Source: Bacillota bacterium
GTDB lineage: Bacteria > Bacillota > Dethiobacteria > DTU022
Length of the DNA stretch: 44,066 nt
Assembly (NCBI GenBank): GCA_051748445.1
Contig: JBNJHL010000004.1
Coordinates: forward strand, 1 to 44,066
Direction of reading: 5' to 3'
Position numbers and translations under genes: made by a program. Positions within the stretch are counted from its first letter, which is position 1. Every line of letters starts with the position of its first letter. Below, one piece after another: positions 9,127 through 17,201 of the stretch. Below the pieces are notes generated by a model. The model made no database searches. It worked only from the letters and a program-made list of their open reading frames with translations, and was not told the origin of the DNA.

Positions 9127-12100
9127 ATGAGCCTGTCTAAAATGGCAGTTAAAAGGCCTGTTGCTACAGGTACCATATTATTGCTGATAATATTAATCGG
9201 CCTGGTCAGCCTTTACCAGAGCCCTTTGGATCTTTTGCCCGATATTCAGCCTCCGGTCCTGGCGGTAATTACTGCGTTCCCCGGCAGTTCACCCCAGGAA
9301 ACCCTCGAGCTCGTTACCAAACCGGTGGAAGAAGGGGTTGCCGCCGTTAGCGGATTGACCAACCTGACCTCAATTTCCCAGGAAAGTATGTCCCTGGTGA
9401 TCATGCAGTTTGACTGGGGTGTTAATATCGGGGATATTCGTGAAGATGTAAGCACACGTATGGATCTGCTGGATCTGCCCGATGAAGTGCAGCGTCCCAT
9501 GCTCCTGGAATTCGATCCTACCCTGATGCCAATCATGGCAGTTTCTGCAAGCGGTAATGGTAACCTGGTTGACTTGACAGAATGGCTGGAAGATACAGCT
9601 TCTCCCCGCCTTGAATCAGTGATCGGTGTGGCTTCCGTTACTATTCAGGGCGGAGCCAGGCAGGACATCTTTGTCCGGACCAAGCCAGAGCTGATCGACC
9701 AGTATGAGCTGTCATTTGACCAGATTGCCAGCGTTTTAAGAGCCAGCTTGCTTGATCTTCCGGCCGGGATTATTGATCTTGAGGATCGCCGGGTGCGGAT
9801 CCGTTTCCTGGGCCGTCAGAACGATCAGGATATGTTAAGCGACCTGGTGATAGGTTTTCAGGTTGACCAGGAGAGACTGGAAGCGATGCTCGGGTCGGAA
9901 ATAGACGTAGATCTGAACCAGCTGCTGGCCGGAGAGAATGGCATTTTTGGCGGTGGTTTTGCCGGTTCAGGGGATGGTTCTTTTGAGATTCCCCGTTACG
10001 AAGTGTACTGGGATGATTATTTTGATTTTGATCAGGCCTATATAGAAGGCAGTAGTTTTTACCTGCCCTTAGCTGCGCAATGGCTGGATGAAAATGAAGA
10101 CATCGCTGATAACTTGCAGCCCTTTACTGCCAGCTCCCACATTACTTATCATGAGGCCCGGCAGTTACTTGAGCTTTCGCTTGATTCGGTTGGCAGTTCA
10201 AATTTAAATAACGACAACGGTGTTTTTAAACTGCCAAACTCTGATATTGTTCGCCTGAACGATGTTTGGCTGGTCGAGCGGGCCGTTTTGGATGGGGATC
10301 GGATTATTGTACCGCTTGATCCGGTCAGCCTGGAACGGTTGAATGTCAGCGCTGCCGAGTTAACAGCCCTGGCAGAAGAAAAGCCCCTGGTTATTGGCAG
10401 CGGAAGCAATTACCTGGTCCTCAGTTTCCATGAAGACTGGGAAAGCATTCGAAGGGAGCCGATTATTTCAGTCCCTGACCTGGGCAAATTTTTAAATGAA
10501 TTCGATCCGGCCGCTAATGGCAGCTTTGAAGACGTTAATGCAGCATTGGAAGAGTTACTGGTGGATTTTGCTGCATCCTCGGTTGCCGGGTCCATGTCGC
10601 CTGGCGGTTCTCCGTTGGGAAATTTCGATTTTGATGAAGATTTCCCGATTGATATTATTACGCTGGATATGGTTGCCGGTATTGCCCGGGATACCTACAC
10701 CCCGGATTCGATTACTCGTTATAATCAGCAGCCCAGCATTAGCCTCAGTATTCAAAAAGAGGGAGATGCCAATACTGTCCTGGTTGCCAATCGGGTCCGG
10801 GCTGCCCTTGATCAACTTTCTGAAGAAAGCAGTGGTGGTTTCTCTGAGGTGGACTTCAACGTTTCCCTTGACCAGGGCGAAGAAATAGAAGGAGCCCTGG
10901 CTGACCTTGCTGAAGCTTTACTTGGCGGAGCTGCCCTGGCTATAATTGTCCTGATCTTTTTCCTGCGCAACTGGCGCACCACGATGTTTATCGGGATCAG
11001 TATTCCGGCAGCAATTATCACCACGTTTACCATCTTGTATTTTACCAATACGACCATTAACCTGATGACTTTAGGGGGCCTGGCTTTGGCGGCAGGAATG
11101 CTGGTTGATAACGCCATTGTTGTTAGTGAAAATATTTTCAGGCATTACCAGATGGGTAAAACTCCTGCCGAAGCAGCCGTTCAGGGCGCCGACGAAGTTG
11201 CCGGGGCGATTACCGCTTCAACCCTGACTACCATCAGCGTCTTTTTTCCCGTTGTTTTTCTAAGCGGCCTTGCCGGCCAGATTTTTTGGGAATTTGCCCT
11301 GGTTGTTGCCTGTGCGATCCTGGCTTCCCTGGTTGTTGCTTTAACGGTTATACCTCTGCTGGCATCACGGTCCCTGCACAGAAGCTCGAAAAACAGGAAC
11401 GGCAAAAATGGTGTAAACCGCCGCCTGCATACTTACCGCAGCGCACTGTATTTAGCAGTACATCATCCCTGGTGGGTGATTATCTTTGCTGTTGTTGTTG
11501 TCGGAATAGCGGGCCTTGGGTTTACCACGCTCGGGACGGAACTGTTTCCTTCAACCGAAGAGTCGGCTTTCACCATGGATGCCGGTCTTCCACCCGGCAC
11601 TGCCATGCCTGTAACCGATCAATACGCGGCGGAAATTGAAAAAATCCTTGAAGCCCGCCCTGAAATTGCTTCTTACACTGTCCAGATCGGCAGTTCCGGT
11701 TTTATGGGTATGCCCGGTGGTGGGGGTGGTGGTGCAACCAACCTTGCGGAAATCAGGGTTGAGATTGAACCCGGCCATGTCGGAGAGATTGATCGGGTAA
11801 TTGAAGAAGTGCGCGGGCAAGTCCTGGCCCTGGACTGGGATGCCGAAGTTAAAGTTAACAGGGAGTCGCTACTTGATGCCTCCGGGCTGGAGACCACTCT
11901 TGACCTGACGGTTAGCGGCAGGGAACTGGATACAGTAATTAATCTTACCAATCGGGCAGCTCAGATTCTTGAACAGAAACCGGCTTTTAGCGACGTCCAG
12001 TCTTCACTGGAAGCAAGCAGGCCGGAAGTGCATATTCGCCTGGATCAAAGTGAGGCTCTCCAGAAGGGGGTTACCCAGGCCCAGGTGGCAGGCGCAGTTC

Positions 12101-13200
12101 GCCAGACCCTGGAAGGGGTTCCCGTCAGCAGGATCGAGACCGATGCCGGTATCTTAAGCATTATTCTCGGTTATGAAAAAAGAGACCTGGAGACTATAGA
12201 TGATCTTGGTAATATCGGTTTTTACACTCCGGGTGGAGAATATATTCGTCTACATGAAGTAGCCACTCTATCGGAAGACTTCGGGCCGCAGAGTATTCCT
12301 CGCGAGAATCAGCAGGTGGTTGGAGAAATCCAGATGCAGTATGGCGATCTGGACCTGGGAACGGCAACAGATATGGCTCTTGCAGACCTGGAAGTAATAG
12401 CCCTGCCTGACGGTTATGAGATAAAACCATCTGGTTCTTTTGATTTGATGGGAGATGTTTTAGATGAACTGGAACTGGTTATCATTATGGCGGCGCTGCT
12501 GGTTTACCTGGTCATGGCGGCCCAGTTTGAAAGCCTGCTCCATCCTTTTATCATTATCTTAAGCCTGCCCCTGGCATATGCCGGCTCGATTGCCGCGCTG
12601 ATGATAACCGGCAATAACATCAGTGTGCCGGCCTTGATCGGGGTGGTGGTCCTGTCGGGGATCCTGGTTAATGACGGGATTATCATGGTTGACTATATTA
12701 ACCAGCAGCGGCGCATCCACGGATTACCGCTGCAGGAAGCAATAATTGACGGAGCGACAGCCCGCCTGCGCCCGATTTTAATGACCACGATTACAACCGT
12801 CCTGGGCCTGCTGCCGCTTGCCCTGGGATTGGGGGAAGGTTCTCAGCTCCAGGCGCCAATGGCAATTACAATCATCGGCGGTCAGATCACCGGAACCCTG
12901 CTTTTAATCCTGGCAATGCCTTCTGTTTACAAGGTAGTGACCAGGGAAAAAACTGTTTTTCAACAAGAAGATTCAGGTCAGGTTTACTCGGACGGCTATT
13001 TGGAAAGGATCAGTGATGGTGGAAGCAGGCACATAAAGCCGGTCAGTTCAAACCGATCCCTCCGCAGTGCCGGGACATATTTAAAAGGCAAGCCATTTAT
13101 TACGATGATTCTGCGCATGCTGGTAGTCATGCTCATAGCAGGCATTATTTTATACCTGCTTGGTGTATCGGGGGATAGTATTTTTAAAATTATTCAATAA
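9127..13200 (+). CDS. RND efflux transporter permease (AcrB/AcrD/AcrF, SwrC-like) with a large acidic insertion and a C-terminal extension
   Basis: Motifs AVKRPV, LLPDIQPP, TINLMTLGGLALAAGMLVDNAIVVSENI, VYLVMAAQFESLLHPFII and RLRPILMTT. 1357 aa, versus about 1050 aa typical for the family. Confidence 0.93.
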   Translation: MSLSKMAVKRPVATGTILLLIILIGLVSLYQSPLDLLPDIQPPVLAVITAFPGSSPQETLELVTKPVEEGVAAVSGLTNLTSISQESMSLVIMQFDWGVNIGDIREDVSTRMDLLDLPDEVQRPMLLEFDPTLMPIMAVSASGNGNLVDLTEWLEDTASPRLESVIGVASVTIQGGARQDIFVRTKPELIDQYELSFDQIASVLRASLLDLPAGIIDLEDRRVRIRFLGRQNDQDMLSDLVIGFQVDQERLEAMLGSEIDVDLNQLLAGENGIFGGGFAGSGDGSFEIPRYEVYWDDYFDFDQAYIEGSSFYLPLAAQWLDENEDIADNLQPFTASSHITYHEARQLLELSLDSVGSSNLNNDNGVFKLPNSDIVRLNDVWLVERAVLDGDRIIVPLDPVSLERLNVSAAELTALAEEKPLVIGSGSNYLVLSFHEDWESIRREPIISVPDLGKFLNEFDPAANGSFEDVNAALEELLVDFAASSVAGSMSPGGSPLGNFDFDEDFPIDIITLDMVAGIARDTYTPDSITRYNQQPSISLSIQKEGDANTVLVANRVRAALDQLSEESSGGFSEVDFNVSLDQGEEIEGALADLAEALLGGAALAIIVLIFFLRNWRTTMFIGISIPAAIITTFTILYFTNTTINLMTLGGLALAAGMLVDNAIVVSENIFRHYQMGKTPAEAAVQGADEVAGAITASTLTTISVFFPVVFLSGLAGQIFWEFALVVACAILASLVVALTVIPLLASRSLHRSSKNRNGKNGVNRRLHTYRSALYLAVHHPWWVIIFAVVVVGIAGLGFTTLGTELFPSTEESAFTMDAGLPPGTAMPVTDQYAAEIEKILEARPEIASYTVQIGSSGFMGMPGGGGGGATNLAEIRVEIEPGHVGEIDRVIEEVRGQVLALDWDAEVKVNRESLLDASGLETTLDLTVSGRELDTVINLTNRAAQILEQKPAFSDVQSSLEASRPEVHIRLDQSEALQKGVTQAQVAGAVRQTLEGVPVSRIETDAGILSIILGYEKRDLETIDDLGNIGFYTPGGEYIRLHEVATLSEDFGPQSIPRENQQVVGEIQMQYGDLDLGTATDMALADLEVIALPDGYEIKPSGSFDLMGDVLDELELVIIMAALLVYLVMAAQFESLLHPFIIILSLPLAYAGSIAALMITGNNISVPALIGVVVLSGILVNDGIIMVDYINQQRRIHGLPLQEAIIDGATARLRPILMTTITTVLGLLPLALGLGEGSQLQAPMAITIIGGQITGTLLLILAMPSVYKVVTREKTVFQQEDSGQVYSDGYLERISDGGSRHIKPVSSNRSLRSAGTYLKGKPFITMILRMLVVMLIAGIILYLLGVSGDSIFKIIQ

Positions 13201-13236
13201 CTGCCTGGTTTGAAGGAGAGGAAGGGAGTGCTTTAA

Positions 13237-13857
13237 TTGCCAGAGGGTAGTAACAGTAATAGTGCAGGTGTCAATAAAAAGGAGCAGATTTTACTGGCAG
13301 CGGTAGAAATGTTTCTTGACAGGGACTATTACCAGGTTACCATTACTGACATTGCCGAACAGGCCGGGGTCGGCAAGGGCACAGTTTACGAGTATTTCCC
13401 CAGCAAGGAAGATTTATTCAAGGAGAGTTTCTCACACTGTGCAGACACCTACCTGCAGCTTTTCAGACAGCACCTTTCCACCGGTGTCCCTGTCAGGCAA
13501 ACCATGCATGACTTGATTGCGGCCCACCTGGATCTGCTCAGGGAAAACCGGCAGCGCCTCTACCTCCTGTTTAACGAACGGCCTCTTAGCCTGCATGAAC
13601 TGCAGGGCTGGGTGATTGAGAAGCGGCGTGAGATACTAAAACGGATCACCATTGTGCTAAAAGAAGGGATTGCTACTGGGGAGTTGCGTCCTGATCTTGA
13701 TGTAGAGATAGCCGGACGCCTTTTTCTGGCAATTAATTTTGATCTGATTGGCGGTATGGTAATTTTGGATGATCAGGATGTGAGTGAAGAAAAAGTAGCC
13801 GGTTTGATCAATATTATCTGGAACGGGGTAGTTGCGAATAAACAGGTTGAAGCTTAA
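13237..13857 (+). CDS. TetR/AcrR family transcriptional regulator
   Basis: N-terminal HTH TITDIAEQAGVGKGTVYEYFPSKEDLF; C-terminal GIATGELRPDLD. Confidence 0.95.
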   Translation: MPEGSNSNSAGVNKKEQILLAAVEMFLDRDYYQVTITDIAEQAGVGKGTVYEYFPSKEDLFKESFSHCADTYLQLFRQHLSTGVPVRQTMHDLIAAHLDLLRENRQRLYLLFNERPLSLHELQGWVIEKRREILKRITIVLKEGIATGELRPDLDVEIAGRLFLAINFDLIGGMVILDDQDVSEEKVAGLINIIWNGVVANKQVEA

Positions 13858-13881
13858 CGATAACCGTCGAACCAAGCCCAA

Positions 13882-13919
13882 AGCGAGCTTAAAGTGCAGG
13901 CATGGAAATGAAAGTGAAG
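13882..13919 (+). repeat. Partial inverted copy of the adjacent MITE-like element
   Basis: 33/38 identity to the reverse complement of 14128-14165 by manual alignment. Confidence 0.75.
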
Positions 13920-13968
13920 TCTTACACAAAATAGATAAAACAATACAAATTTGAGGTTGCATTCAATT

Positions 13969-14189
13969 GTGTTGAGCCGACTGAACAATTCTTCGCTCGC
14001 TGATCGTTTAGGCTGGAACTGCAGCGGCTTAGCTTCTGCCTTTCGCCTGGGTTATCCTCGCGATGGGCTCATCCGGAGCCCTCGCTCGGTGGCCGACTTC
14101 CTGTTGGCCAACCCACTCCAGGCCTTGCTTCACCGGCACTTCCATGCCTGCACTTTATGCTCGCTCCAGTTTTTCAGTCGTCTCAACAC
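13969..14189. mobile_element. MITE-like structured repeat with 17-bp terminal inverted repeats
   Basis: Left TIR gtgttgagccgactgaa (13969-13985) versus reverse complement of 14173-14189 (gtgttgagacgactgaa), 16/17 identical. GC-rich interior with hairpins, AT-rich flanks, two partial copies elsewhere in the window, no transposase. Confidence 0.65.
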
Positions 14190-14286
14190 CCAGTTGCTTT
14201 AGCTCATAAATAAAAAACACAGCTACCCAGATAAATATACATTTTCCCTTTGACTTTTCAAAGAATATATCACATCGACGAGAGCG

Positions 14287-15486
14287 TTACATAAGCGCTT
14301 CGCCGATTTCCCTGCCAAAGTCAACACATTCTGCCCTGGCCTCAGTATCGGGATTCCACAATATCTTAAGGCCTTTCTCGTTAATCAGCTCGATACCCGA
14401 TTCTTGCAGAGACTCATTAAGCAGCTGCACTGACTCGCCGCTCCAGCCGTAGCATCCGAAGGCAGCCCCTTTTTTCTCCTGTAACCCCAGTCCCTTAAGC
14501 AACTCCATCAGCGCGGCAACCGGGTCAAGGATTCTCTTGTTATGGGTAGGTGACCCGATAATTACTCCCTTTGACTTGAATATTTCGGTAATTACATCGT
14601 TTTTATCAGCTTTTCCAATGTTGAAAAGTTTAACGTCAATCGTGCTGTTAGCTTCCTTGATTCCTTCGGCAATAAACTCAGCTGCATGCCTGGTTCCGTT
14701 CCACATTGTATCGTAGGCAATAGTAACCTGGTTTTCCTGGTAGGCGTCGGCCCATTCCTGGTATTTTTCCACGATCTGCATCGGGTTATCCCGCCAGATG
14801 ATCCCGTGGCTGGGACAGATCATATCTACCGGCACGCCAAGGCCAACCACTTCTTTAATCTTTGCGGTAACCAGTTTGCTGAAGGGGGTCAGAATATTGG
14901 CGTAATACTTGATAGCCTCCTCAAAAAGCTCACACTGGTCTACCAGGTCATTGTAGATCAGTTCACTGGCATAATGCTGGCCAAAGGCATCGTTGGGAAA
15001 TAGGATATTATCACCGGTCAGGTAGCAGAACATGCTGTCCGGCCAGTGCAGCATTTTAGCTTCTACAAATAAGAGTTCCTGCCCGCCGCCTAAATCCAGC
15101 TTGTCGCCGGTTTTTACCGGTTGGAAATTCCAGTCTTCGTGGTACTGTCCCTTCAGGGATTTAACTCCGGCCTTGGAACAGTAAACCGGGGTACCCGGTA
15201 TCTCGAGCAGCAGTGCCTTCAGTGATCCGCTGTGGTCTATTTCGCCATGGTTTGCAACAATATAGTCTATTTCTTTCAGGTCAATTTCTTTTTTAAGGTT
15301 GCTGACAAATTCTTCAGCAAAAGGTTTCCAGACAGTATCGATCAGGACAGTTTTTTCTTTGCCCCTGACTAAATAAGAATTGTATGAACTGCCGCGGTGA
15401 GTTGAAAGCTCTTCGCCGTGGAAGTGGCGCAGCTCCCAGTCAATTTTTCCAACCCATGTTACATTGTCATTAATTTTAAAACTCAT
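14287..15486 (-). CDS. fprA: Flavodiiron protein (FprA/A-type flavoprotein; O2/NO reductase)
   Basis: Metallo-beta-lactamase-fold diiron ligands NHGEIDHSG, MLHWPDSM, NDAFGQH and PSHG; flavodoxin domain YDTMWNGT, GSPT, FGCYGWSG. Confidence 0.93.
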   Translation of the reverse strand: MSFKINDNVTWVGKIDWELRHFHGEELSTHRGSSYNSYLVRGKEKTVLIDTVWKPFAEEFVSNLKKEIDLKEIDYIVANHGEIDHSGSLKALLLEIPGTPVYCSKAGVKSLKGQYHEDWNFQPVKTGDKLDLGGGQELLFVEAKMLHWPDSMFCYLTGDNILFPNDAFGQHYASELIYNDLVDQCELFEEAIKYYANILTPFSKLVTAKIKEVVGLGVPVDMICPSHGIIWRDNPMQIVEKYQEWADAYQENQVTIAYDTMWNGTRHAAEFIAEGIKEANSTIDVKLFNIGKADKNDVITEIFKSKGVIIGSPTHNKRILDPVAALMELLKGLGLQEKKGAAFGCYGWSGESVQLLNESLQESGIELINEKGLKILWNPDTEARAECVDFGREIGEALM

Positions 15487-15514
15487 TCTGACAGCCTCCT
15501 AACTACGTAATAAT

Positions 15515-15657
15515 TTAAGAACGGATCATAGCCAGCATCATTTTAAAGTGTTCATTCGCCTGCAAAGCATGTGGTTCGTGGGCAGGCATGATGATCGTTT
15601 CGCCTTCGCCAGCTCTTTCATGTTCAAGGTTGTTACTAATAAGTTCTGTTCGTTCAC
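15515..15657 (-). pseudogene. Internally deleted, frameshifted cupin-domain gene
   Basis: RBS GGAGGAG and GTG at 15657 give MNEQNLLVTTLNMKEL. This is joined out of frame to GEGETIIMPAHEPHALQANEHFKMMLAMIRS*, which carries cupin motif 2 (G-x5-P-x3-H). Length 143 nt is not a multiple of 3. Confidence 0.7.
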
Positions 15658-15744
15658 ATGATCTCCTCCATCCAACAAAAACAATTAATAACTATAGTAG
15701 TTATGTATATATTAGCATAAGTTTCCCGGTGACACAATTTTTTT

Positions 15745-15771
15745 GCAGGAATTGGCCTGCTTTTGTCTAAT
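15745..15771 (+). promoter_or_regulatory. Putative sigma-H-type promoter for sppA
   Basis: GCAGGA-N17-TAAT (one mismatch to GAAT). Confidence 0.4.
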
Positions 15772-15812
15772 CAACGTACTGAAAAACATTTAATAGCCGG
15801 GAGTGGGTAACT

Positions 15813-16745
15813 TTGCGAAAAAGTAAAGTTGTGGTTATAACTTTAATAGTTTTAGCGGTATTGGCAGTGGTGACACTTTCCGTTTTAACCCTGGATGGGA
15901 TAAAACAGGAAGACACGAGAGATGACCAGAACAGGATTGTTGTGATCAACCTGAACGGGCTGATCCAGGAAGGCCAGCTTGGATTCATGGCTGAGGGAAT
16001 CAGCCCTAACTTGGTGCGGAGCAGGCTGGACCAGGTTGCTGCCGATCACTCAATTGATGGTGTGGTTTTAAGGATACAAAGTCAGGGTGGCTCAATTGCC
16101 GCGTCTCAGGAAATTGCCCAGATGGTCAGCGATTTTGAAAAACCGATCGTGGTTTCCATGGCAGATATGGCCGCTTCTGGCGGTTATTATATATCAGCCT
16201 ATGCCCAGGGTATAGTGGCCCAACCGGGGACGATGACCGGCTCAATCGGGGTAATCAGTACAGTTATGAACCTGGAAGGCCTTTATGAAATGATTGGAGT
16301 GGAAGTGGAAACATTTAAATCCGGAGAGCATAAAGATATGTTTAACAGTGAACTCAGTGAGGAAGAACGACAAATTATGCAGGATATTTCAGATGAAGCA
16401 TACGAACAGTTTATAAGTGATGTGGCTCAGGGCCGGGAGCTCCCTCTCGAGCAGGTGCGAGAGCTGGCGACCGGACAGCTTTATATCGGCAGCCAGGCCT
16501 TAGAGCTTGGCCTGGTAGATCGTTTGGGAGGGGTGGAAGAGGCTATTGATTTTCTGGCCGAGCTAAACAAATTTGAAAACCCCGTCCGCTACGATTTGCC
16601 CCAGCCATCGCTGTTTGATCAAATGTTTGGTTTTGGTTACCAGACAGTAACACTTTTGGAAAAAGCACTGCTTGGCCCTGAACTGATCAAGCTTGAGATG
16701 CTGCGGGAAGGATTTCCTCCCGATATCAGGTACCAGGTCTGGTAA
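15813..16745 (+). CDS. sppA: Signal peptide peptidase SppA (S49, 36K type)
   Basis: N-terminal TM anchor; motifs VVLRIQSQGG, KPIVVSM, AASGGYYIS, TGSIGV, KSGEHKD and GLVDRLG. Confidence 0.92.
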   Translation: MRKSKVVVITLIVLAVLAVVTLSVLTLDGIKQEDTRDDQNRIVVINLNGLIQEGQLGFMAEGISPNLVRSRLDQVAADHSIDGVVLRIQSQGGSIAASQEIAQMVSDFEKPIVVSMADMAASGGYYISAYAQGIVAQPGTMTGSIGVISTVMNLEGLYEMIGVEVETFKSGEHKDMFNSELSEEERQIMQDISDEAYEQFISDVAQGRELPLEQVRELATGQLYIGSQALELGLVDRLGGVEEAIDFLAELNKFENPVRYDLPQPSLFDQMFGFGYQTVTLLEKALLGPELIKLEMLREGFPPDIRYQVW

Positions 16746-16812
16746 TGATAGTTCGGTTTAAGATAAGGCGCTGCATTTTACTAAGATGATTATGATTATC
16801 TGTAACTGGTTA

Positions 16813-17082
16813 TTATTCTGTAACTTTATTGCCTGAAATAAAAACATGCTCAATACTTGAGTCCAGGCTTAATATATCACCGCTGCAGATAATAATGTCA
16901 GCGTCTTTCCCGGTTTCCAGCCTGCCCACCCGGTTATCAATGCCGATGATTTCTGTGCCTTCCGGACAGGAAAGGTTTGGCCCGATAGCTTCGATCCTGC
17001 CATCTTTGATCAAAATATTTTCACCCTCTTTAGAGGTATTATTGGTCATGATCAAAAGGTTGCCGTGTTTTATTATTAACAT
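16813..17082 (-). pseudogene. Amidohydrolase remnant with in-frame loss of the catalytic TIM barrel (beta-sandwich halves fused)
   Basis: The family N-terminus (IIKHG...ILIKDGRIEAIG...TEII) is joined directly to the family C-terminus (GIDNRVGRLETGKDADIII...VFISG). No HxH motif. RBS GGAGGTAGGAG is intact. Confidence 0.8.
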
Positions 17083-17118
17083 CTCCTACCTCCAGTTAAA
17101 TAAATATTTTATTATAAG

Positions 17119-17159
17119 TAAAGAGGGGGCTGTGAGATATAATTCAGCCACCCTCTTTA
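17119..17159 (-). terminator. Probable intrinsic terminator downstream of the ABC substrate-binding gene
   Basis: Stem taaagaggg(t)ggctg / cagccccctcttta followed by a T/A-rich tail on the minus strand. Confidence 0.55.
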
Positions 17160-17201
17160 GAGGTATTAATATTATTCTAACCCTTTTGTTGCAATTAATT
17201 A

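Noticed and set aside
13951-14202. 83-aa ORF in the tetR-fprA gap
   Set aside because: It coincides with the structured repeat, has no RBS and has a non-protein-like composition.
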